From SAR202 cluster bacterium bin87 (lineage in GTDB: Bacteria > Chloroflexota > Dehalococcoidia > Lucifugimonadales > UBA3495), in contig MPNC01000002.1 in assembly GCA_002238825.1 (NCBI GenBank), forward strand, positions 51,180-115,179: a DNA stretch of 64,000 nucleotides, read 5' to 3'. The position numbers were made by a program, and so were the translations under genes. This document shows, piece after piece, positions 53,457-61,700 of this stretch (its first letter is position 1; each line of letters starts with the position of its first letter). The notes below the pieces were generated by a model. The model made no database searches. It worked only from the letters and a program-made list of their open reading frames with translations, and was not told the origin of the DNA.

Positions 53457-54981
53457 TTCCCAGTTAAATGTCCGGTTTTGGCTGATCGCAGCGAAACATC
53501 GTTGCGTTCCGCCATCGCGAGCATGGTCTGGCAGTAGTCCGGTTTTGGGAGAACCCCGACGATCACTCGCTGATCAAGGTCCACGTACACGGCCTCGAGA
53601 AAGGTCCGCAAAATCCGGTTCCGGCGGCTGACGCACGACGAGTGCCATTCTGCGCCAAATTTCGCCAACTGATTGCCCGCATCGGTCGCTTCGTCGATTT
53701 CCGGGATGTGCGCGCCAACCATCTCAGCCTCGGCTCGGTTTTTCGTGACCGTATAGATTTTCCAGTCGATTTCCGCGGTCAAATAGAGGTGCCGGGCCCT
53801 GTCCACCTGTCCTTGAATGGCGTGTCGTTTTTGGATAGCGGCGGTGTGGTCCTGCCCCTTCACGTGGTGTTCGATGATCCAGTCCTCCCGCAGCCGGAAC
53901 CCCTCGAACAACCGCTCCACCTGCTCCTCAATCTGCCACCCCACGAACGCCTTCCCCCGGTGGCGACAGATCACGCTGAGGCCCCGGTACGGGCTCTTGT
54001 AGTACGTCTTGCCGCCCGCACCCTGGGTCTGGGACCACAACTCAGTCCCGCACTCGTGGCACCGCAACAGCCCGGTCAGCAGGTGAGGGTGCTCACTCTT
54101 CACGTTGCCCGATACCGAGCGCCGCGACCGGTTCTTCGCCTTCCGCTCCCGCACCGCCTCGAACAACTCCTCGTCGATCACCCCCTGGTGTCGGCCCGCA
54201 AAGTGCTCCTCCTTGTGCCTCACCTCTCCCAGGTAGAACCGATTCTTCAGCATATCCCGCACGCTGTAGTTGGTGAACCGTCGGCCGTCCCCTTCCACCA
54301 CCTCACCCATGATTACCTGGGGCTTCTTGCTCTTGGTCCGGAACCCCTGCTCGTTCAACCACCCCGCCAGCGTGCTCATCGACTCCACGCCCTTGGCGTA
54401 CCTCTGGAACATCTCCACCACCGCCTGGGCCTTCTCCCTCTCCACGTGGCACCGAGTGTGTCCCTCGTCAATCCCGTAGCACACCGCATCGCACCGCTCG
54501 TATCCGAAGGGCGGCTCCCCGTTGAACATTCCCTGCATAGCGCGCTCTCGCATCCCTTCCTGGTGTGGCCGGACAACGTGTCGGAGAAATACTGCGCAAA
54601 GGCCCCCGGCATGGTCATGAAGAGCCTGCCCTCGGGCGTGGTGTAGTCGATGTCCTGCGTGATGGACACATAGGTCACGTTGTTCTGGGAGAAGATTTGG
54701 AAGGTGTCGAGCATGACGCTGAAGTTCCGCGAAAACCTGTCCAGCGCATGGGTGATCACAACATCGAACACGTCCGACACGGCGTCTGCCAGGATTTGCC
54801 GGAAGGTTGGACGCTTTGCGGTGGATTCCCCCCACGCAGAGCGGCCTTCCTCGTCGTAGGTGCGCACCACTTCCCATCCTTTCTGAGCGCAGAACTCGTA
54901 GAAGGCGCGGCGTTGGGCGTCCAGCGAGTACCCTTCCAGCTGATCCTCGTCGCTAACTCGGAAGTATCCCGCTGCTCTCAT
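53324..54981 (-). pseudogene. Large serine recombinase, interrupted by a 1-nt frameshift; the ORF tail overlaps the tmRNA 3' end
   Basis: The N-terminal resolvase domain (AAGYFRVSDEDQ, ORF 54376..54981) joins the recombinase/zinc-ribbon/coiled-coil part (ORF 53324..54877; PPFGY, LLRCHECG) at TLSGHTRKG|MRERAMQG. One base appears to be missing in a G-run (CCC at 54554-54556 on +). The last ~44 codons are antisense to tmRNA (53327-53456). Confidence 0.85.
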
Positions 54982-55285
54982 CTACGTCCTCTTCTGCGTT
55001 AGTATCGACCGGCATTATAGATGGTGAGCGGCGTGATTCGAGGATCTCTCACACCACCTCGCCAGCCTCAAACAGGAAGCCCCGTATTTCCGGGGGAGGG
55101 TTCGGAATTGACTTTGTATGTCGGGCTTTGCGTGGTAATCGCTGCGTGGCCTCTGTTTACCTAAACGTAGCGAAACACCCGCCGGCTACGGACGAACCCA
55201 TTCCCACATGAGCGTCAGCAACGGTCCTGTTTGGTGAGACGTTACAGGTAAACCATCCTGACTTCCGCCTCCGTGAGAGGGTAAC

Positions 55286-55310
55286 GAAATAAAACCGCCT
55301 GTCCGACGGT
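55286..55310 (-). terminator. Candidate rho-independent terminator downstream of the beta-helix gene
   Basis: On the - strand: ACCGTC-ggaca-GGCGGT followed by TTTTATTTC. Confidence 0.4.
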
Positions 55311-55436
55311 CCTGAAAAATGCCTATGGAGGGCACGAATACGAGCTGTGGGCCCGTTTTCAGGGCTTCAAGGACCTAGAGTCATTGGGCCCTCAAAGTGG
55401 GTGTCAGAGCGGGTGTTTGCTTTGTGTGGGTTCCGG

Positions 55437-55877
55437 TCAGTCGCAGAGGTGGTGGTGACATTCACGGGCTTGGCCGAACACAGCACGCACTACTTCGACG
55501 CCGTCGTACAATTCGTCGGGATCCACGACACCGGTTTCACACACCACTGCGCGGTTTTCCACCGGTCCCGACGCGCGTGCATTTCCGCACACCACGGCAT
55601 GGCCTTTCACGCGCGTGCCGCACACCTCGGCGTCGCCGCACACTGTGGCGTTTTCTTCAACGAAGGCGCCGTCCCTGATTAGAGCGTCACCAGACACCCG
55701 GGGGTGTCCGCGCACCACAGCAGAATCGGTCACCGCAGCTTTGTCTGCCACGACCGCGTAGCCTCTGACTACGCCGCCCCTGGCGATCTGCGTGTCGTCC
55801 AACACCCTTGCATATCCCGACACCTCCGGGTCCGGGCCCACGCGAGCAGTCTGGGCAACATCGGCGGAGTCAGCCAC
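55437..55877 (-). CDS. Left-handed beta-helix (hexapeptide-repeat-like) protein, function unknown
   Basis: 146 aa with period-6 repeats of the a.V.g.A.V.d type (VSGYARVLDDTQIARGGVVRGYAVVADKAAVTDSAVVRGHPRVSGDALIRDGAFV...). Confidence 0.6.
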   Translation of the reverse strand: MADSADVAQTARVGPDPEVSGYARVLDDTQIARGGVVRGYAVVADKAAVTDSAVVRGHPRVSGDALIRDGAFVEENATVCGDAEVCGTRVKGHAVVCGNARASGPVENRAVVCETGVVDPDELYDGVEVVRAVFGQARECHHHLCD

Positions 55878-56322
55878 CCATCCTCCGCCGTTGGGGTGTT
55901 TGTGAGCAGGGACCGGACCCTCCGCTTCATAGAGTCTTGCGGCGTGACGTCGGCTGCGGGAATGTCATTTGTGTGTTTTGACACGAAACTGTTAGGGCTG
56001 TTGTGTGGGTATTAATGCGAGCTGTTTGCGGATGACTTCTGCGTGCCAACAACCCTGTTTGCGTTTTATCCGTTGAAGCGCGGGGCCCGGGTTGTCAAAG
56101 TGCGGTGCCTGTGGTCGGAAAACAAGCTTGCGCTCAGGTTCGATATGAACTACGGTGCCGTACTTTGTCGCTGCTGTGTGGAAATAATATGGCGATGCGC
56201 GAAAAGAGTGTGATAGTTTGTGTGCCAATTTATGGACACTCTTGGGTATAACGTGCCTTTGCCGGTCTTGCCGGCGCTGGTTGGCTTGGCTTTTGTGCAT
56301 AAACGAGAGCGGGGTTTTATCG

Positions 56323-58713
56323 ATGGCGGATATGGACGAGCGGGATTTGGAGATTGCGGGGTTGCGGGAGCGTCTGTCGCTGTTGAGCGAGGCGAGCCTG
56401 CGCATCAACGACAGCCTGGATTTCGACCGGGTTTTGCAGGAGGTCCTCGAGAGCGCGCGTTCGCTGACGAAGGCCCGCTACGGGGTGATGGTTCTGTTCG
56501 ATGACGCGCTGCAGATACAGGATTTCATGGCTTCGGGAATGTCGCTGGAGCAGGCGGGGATGCTTTGGAACATGCCGGACGGATTGCGTTTCTTTGGGCA
56601 TATCGGTGGGCTTTCCGGACCGGTGAGGCATCCCGATTTCCAGAGGTACGCGCGGGAGTTGGACCTGCCCGAGCTCGAGTTCCCGGCACCCGTGAACTCG
56701 CCGCTGCCGGTGCTGTTTGCCCCGATTACCCATCGTGGCCGGCCGTCGGGTGTCATATACCTGGGCGACACCGCGGATGGTCGGGAGTTCTCGTCCGAGG
56801 ACGAGGAAACGTTGTTGATGTTCACCTCGCAGGCGGCGCTGGTCATCGCCAATGCCAGTTATTACCGTGATGAGCGCAGGGCTCGGGCGGACCTCGAGGC
56901 ACTGGTTGAGACGGCGCCGGTGGGCGTGATTGTTTTCGACGCGAGGACCGGAGTGCCGGTGTCGATCAACCTGGAGACCCGCCGGGTTGGTCGGGAGTTT
57001 TTCTCCGAGTCGCTTTCGGTCGAGGAGATCTTGCAGTTGCTCACGGTGCGTCGTGCTGACGGGTCTGAGATGTCGATGCGCGAGTTGCCCATGGCAGTCG
57101 CGCTCAGCAGCGGCGAGACGGTGCGTGCGGAGGAGGTGGTGCTGAGCATCCCGGATGGCGGCAGCATCACGGCCATCGTCAATGCGACGCCGATTCGCGG
57201 GAATGACGGGGAGATTGAGTCGTTTGTGGTGACGATGCAGGACATGACCCCGCTGCAGGATCTGGAAAGGCTGCGCGCGGAGTTTCTGGGGATGGTGAGT
57301 CATGAGCTGAGGACGCCGTTGACCTCGATACGGGGTTCGGCGAATACGCTGCTGGATGAGGGGGCTATGCTGGACCCGGTGGAGATGCGTCAGTTCCACC
57401 GGATAATCTTCGAGCAGTCGGAGCGTATGCGCGGTCTCATCAGCGATCTTCTGGACGTGGCCCGCATTGAGTCCGGGAGCCTGTCGGTGACTCCGGCGCC
57501 GGTGGAGGTGTCCGCGCTGGTGGAGGAGGCGAAGGGGGTATTCCTGGCTGCGGGAGGCGAGAACAATATCCGGATTGGCCTGCCCCCGGATTTGCCTATG
57601 GTGATGGCGGACCGGCGGCGCGTGGTGCAGGTATTGAACAACCTGCTGTCGAATGCAGTGCGGCATTCACCGGAGTCGTCGGTGATACGCGTGGGTGCGG
57701 CATCTGACGCTGTGCAGGTAGCGGTGAGCGTTTCGGACCGGGGGCGGGGCATCCCCGCGGATTTGCTGCCACGTTTGTTCCGGAAATTCTCGCGGTCTGC
57801 GGATGAAGAGCAGGAGGACACCGGGCTCGGTCTGGCCATCTGCAAGGGGATAGTGGAGGCGCACGGCGGTCGCATATGGGCGGAAAGTGATGGCCCCGAT
57901 ACGGGCGCCCGGTTCACGTTCACCCTTCCGGTGGCGCAAGATGCTCCGGCAGGTCGTGTGGATGGCGCCAGCGGTAGCGCGGTGCGCGCTCCGCTGGTAG
58001 GGGCATCAGGGGAGCGTCCCCGGGTTCTGGTAGTTGATGATGACCCGCAGACCCTCCGGTACGTGAGGGATGTGCTTTCCAGGGCTGGTTGCGTTCCCAG
58101 TGTCGTGGCTGATCCGCGGGAGGTGCCTCGGCTGGTGGATGAAGTTGCCCCGCACCTGGTTCTGCTGGACCTGATGTTGCCGGGCGCCGATGGGATTGAG
58201 CTGATGACGAACGTCCGGGAACTGTCGGCGGTGCCGGTTATCTTTCTGTCCGCGTACGGTCAGGATGAGGTGATAGTGAGAGCATTCCAGGCGGGTGCGG
58301 CCGATTACGTAGTAAAGCCATTTTCGCCCAGTGAACTCATGGCGAGAATTCAGGCTGCTCTGCCTCGTGGCCAATCACCGGCGCCTGCTGAGGCTCCTCG
58401 TGAACCCTACGTGTTCGGCGATCTGGTCATCGACTATTCTCGCCGCGACGTTTCGCTAAGGGGTGAGCCGGTGTTCTTGACTGCCACCGAGTATCGACTC
58501 CTGGCCGAGCTTTCGGCCCATGCCGGCCGGGTGATGACCCATAACCAGCTGCTGAAGCGGGTGTGGGATTCCGATGATGCCAGCAATTCCGGCTCGGTTC
58601 GGACCGTAGTGAAGCGGTTGCGGCAGAAGTTGGGCGACGCCGCGGGTGAGCCGGCCTACGTGTTCACCAGGCGTGGTGCGGGCTATTGGATGGCGGGTCC
58701 CGGTCTCGAGTAA
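56323..58713 (+). CDS. Single-polypeptide two-component protein: GAF - PAS - HisKA/HATPase histidine kinase - REC - OmpR/PhoB-type winged-helix DNA-binding domain
   Basis: GAF-like N-terminus. H-box GMVSHELRTPLTSIRG, N/G boxes (NLLSNAVRHSP, DRGRGIP, GLGLAICKGIVEAHGG). REC (VLVVDDD...LLDLMLPGADG...KPFS). C-terminal wHTH (LTATEYRLLAELSAHAGRVMTHNQLLKRVW...VKRLRQKLG...RGAGYWM). No TM segment. ATG at 56323. Confidence 0.88.
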   Translation: MADMDERDLEIAGLRERLSLLSEASLRINDSLDFDRVLQEVLESARSLTKARYGVMVLFDDALQIQDFMASGMSLEQAGMLWNMPDGLRFFGHIGGLSGPVRHPDFQRYARELDLPELEFPAPVNSPLPVLFAPITHRGRPSGVIYLGDTADGREFSSEDEETLLMFTSQAALVIANASYYRDERRARADLEALVETAPVGVIVFDARTGVPVSINLETRRVGREFFSESLSVEEILQLLTVRRADGSEMSMRELPMAVALSSGETVRAEEVVLSIPDGGSITAIVNATPIRGNDGEIESFVVTMQDMTPLQDLERLRAEFLGMVSHELRTPLTSIRGSANTLLDEGAMLDPVEMRQFHRIIFEQSERMRGLISDLLDVARIESGSLSVTPAPVEVSALVEEAKGVFLAAGGENNIRIGLPPDLPMVMADRRRVVQVLNNLLSNAVRHSPESSVIRVGAASDAVQVAVSVSDRGRGIPADLLPRLFRKFSRSADEEQEDTGLGLAICKGIVEAHGGRIWAESDGPDTGARFTFTLPVAQDAPAGRVDGASGSAVRAPLVGASGERPRVLVVDDDPQTLRYVRDVLSRAGCVPSVVADPREVPRLVDEVAPHLVLLDLMLPGADGIELMTNVRELSAVPVIFLSAYGQDEVIVRAFQAGAADYVVKPFSPSELMARIQAALPRGQSPAPAEAPREPYVFGDLVIDYSRRDVSLRGEPVFLTATEYRLLAELSAHAGRVMTHNQLLKRVWDSDDASNSGSVRTVVKRLRQKLGDAAGEPAYVFTRRGAGYWMAGPGLE

Positions 58714-58746
58714 CGTTTGTTCCCGTTGCCTGCTCGGTCTTGGGGT

Positions 58747-61700
58747 CTATGGGCCGGATACCGTGAACTCCACGCGGTTGTAGTGCTTTCTGCCATCGCT
58801 GGTGCAGATTGCGTCGGAGGCGGCGCAGTCCGTGGTGGGCGGCAGTACGATGGTGACGTCGGCGTCGGAATCGGGCCTGACGTCGATTACCCAGTTCTGG
58901 TCCGAGCCCTTGGACTTTCGCTTGGCCTTGGTGACGGTGCCGTTGGTCACGTCGAAGGCCTCGTCGCGCAAGGTCCTGAAGCTCAGGTGGGGGTCCTCGG
59001 TGAACGAGAGGCCGAAGGTGATGAGGTTGTCGCCGTCGTGGTTGTCGGGGATGCTGTGGGCGAATGCGGCCGGCGGCGGCGCTGCTCTGGTTGGTAGGCC
59101 GCCGGAGTCCTCGTGGGGGATGATGCTGACCTGCACGGTGTCTCCAGCGTTCCAGTCCATTTCGTCGTCCAGAGCCCACCGGTAGCGCCCCTCGGCGCCG
59201 GTTGACGGCTTGGAGCTCTCGCTGGCCAGGAACTGCTGGTCGCCCACGGTCAGGGTGAAGTCGTTGGGTAGCTCGGAACGCATCATGTTAAGGAACAGGG
59301 CGTCGGCCAGCTGCAGCACGGTCATCACGCGGTACCGGGTTCCGTCAGCGGTGAAGTCGCTGCTGGAGATCGCGCCCATCCGGGTCCAGCGGGAGTAACC
59401 CGATGCTGGTGGGGCGTTGGTATCGTCCTCCACGCCGACCGTGAGGGTGGCTGACCATGCGGGAGACCGGGTTACCGTCACACCGTAAGTCAGCGTGGTG
59501 CTACCGTCCTCGGCCGTGACCGTGGCCTGGATCAGGTTCTCGCCCACATCCAGGTCGACCGTCGCCGCATTTGTCGTGGTCGTGTCGCCGCCCGCGATAA
59601 TGGATACCGTAGCGCTGGGGTGGTTGTGTGTGGCCGTCAATGTCACGGAGCCGACATTGTAACTGACCGACGCCGAGTATTCAGCAGTCGCCGCCGCAAA
59701 AGCCGGCGTAAGGGAGACGGCGCTCCCGTCATCATCCACCAGAGTCAGGGCGCCCAGTGTAGCGTCGCTGCTCGGGTCGTTGTCGATCACGCTGACAGTG
59801 GTGGCAGGGATGTCACCGGCGGTCACAGCATTCGGCAGCATGCCCAATCCGATGACGACGCTCTCGCCCTCATCGTCGATTGCGTCATCCATTGGCCTGA
59901 AGCCCCAGTTCACTGACGTTTCACCCGACTGGAATGTCACGCTCTCCCAAATCCGCGCGATGTCTGCGTCGGTGAATCCGTTTTGTCCCGTCCTGGTGAA
60001 GGGAATAACCACGTCACGCTGTGGGTCTGTGTCCAGGGTAATGGGGACCCGCAGCCCGCCGTCCTCGTTTACGTCGTAAGTTGCTGAGCCAAAACTGACC
60101 TTCACCTGCGGTGGATTCGGGTCGGTTATGGTCACGGTGGTCTCGGTAGTGGCGTCGAGGTCAACGCCGTCCGGCAGAGTTCCGAGTCCAATCAATACGC
60201 TCTCGTTGTCGTCGTACGGACTGTCGGCGGCAGCGTCGAAATTGAACGTCGCCGTCGTATCGCCAGCCGAGATGGTCACGCCCGCGGGGATGCCGGAGTA
60301 GTCTTCGCCGGTTGCGCCGGCCTGATCCACCGTCGTAATGGGGATGGTCACGGCTTCGGTCAAAGCGTTGTCGAGTGAAACGGTCACGACGACCGAGGAG
60401 TCTTCCGACACCGCGTAGCTCGCTGCTCCGAAACCGACCTTGGCCAACCCATCATCGTCGTCGGTGATCGATATGGCGGTTTCGGACGTCGCGCCGGCGC
60501 CGAAGCCGGAGGACATTGTGCCGAAGCCGATCGCTACGCTGTCGTTGTCATCGTCGATGGAGTCCTGCGTCGCGGAGAACGTGAAGGTTTTGGACGTTTC
60601 TCCCGAGTGGAAGGTCAAGCGTGAGGGGACGCCGGAGTAGTCATCGGCGGACGTGTTGCCCTGGGCGGCGGCGGTCAGCGGAACCGAGACCGTCTCACCG
60701 GGGTCTGCGCTCAGCGTAACCCCGACCTCAACCGTGGCGCCCTCGGCAACGGTGTAGGTGGCCTGCGCGAAGTTGACGCTGATCTGTTCAGGGATTTCGT
60801 ACCCGGCGGTGGGCGCTGTTGATAAGGTTGTGCCATCCGCAGTGCAGATGCCGCCAGTGGCGGAGTCGCAGGCCTTGTCCGTCAGCACGGTGAACGTGAT
60901 GTCACCACTTCCGTCGGGGACCAGCACGAATTTGTAGACGTGCGCGGCCGCTCCGGCCTGGCCGTGATAGTCAACACTCTCGATGGTGGCGCCGGTGACG
61001 CTCACCGATGGCGTGTCCTTGGTGAAGTCCACCACCGGCCGGTTGAACGAAAGCGCCACCGCTGGTCGATCCGTTGTGTCGGCGTAGGAGAACGCACTCT
61101 CCTCCGTGAGGAATTCAGCCGCCAGTGGCTCCGGCACATCCGTCAGCGCCACCGGGTCCAGTGAGATGGCGCGTACCTTGTGGGCCTGCCTGCAGCAACT
61201 TCTAATGCGGAGCGCCTTGAGAGACCACTTTTCGACCCCGGTATCCGGATCAACCTGGGTGGCGACTTCGTCGCGCGTGTCCCGACTGGGGATCAGTGAT
61301 CCGTCGCCCCAGGACACCAGCCAATCGCCGTTGCTGAGAAGATCGATGTGCCCGCCCGGGCCGGCCGGAATTGAACGAGTGCCATGCAGGGAGTGGTCGC
61401 GGACGAATACGGCTTCGCCATGTTCTTCGTCGATAGCGTATTCGACGCCCCGGCCGTAGATGTCCTTCTCTCGATTGAGATGCCCGGTCCACGGGTTGAT
61501 CAGGATTGGAGTGCCGTTGTCGAACAGGATGAGGCGGTTGCCTGGCAGCACCTGCGCGGCGTGCTGCCCCCCGAACTCTCCGGCGGGGTCGCCGATGAAG
61601 GTGAACGGCGCCGGACCTCTGCCCTTCGCTTCCCACTGCTCGTCCGTCATTGCGGTGGGGCCCACCCGCCACACGACTTTGTCCTCGTCCGGATCAATGC

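Noticed and set aside
55020-55060. GGTGAG...GATTCGAGGATCTCTCACACCACC just upstream of the serine recombinase start, considered as a displaced tRNA/tmRNA-like 3' fragment (T-loop-like TTCGAGG followed by CCACC).
   Set aside because: No complementary T-stem can be drawn, there is no acceptor-strand match to the tmRNA (CGTCTCCACCA), and the similarity is limited to a few bases.
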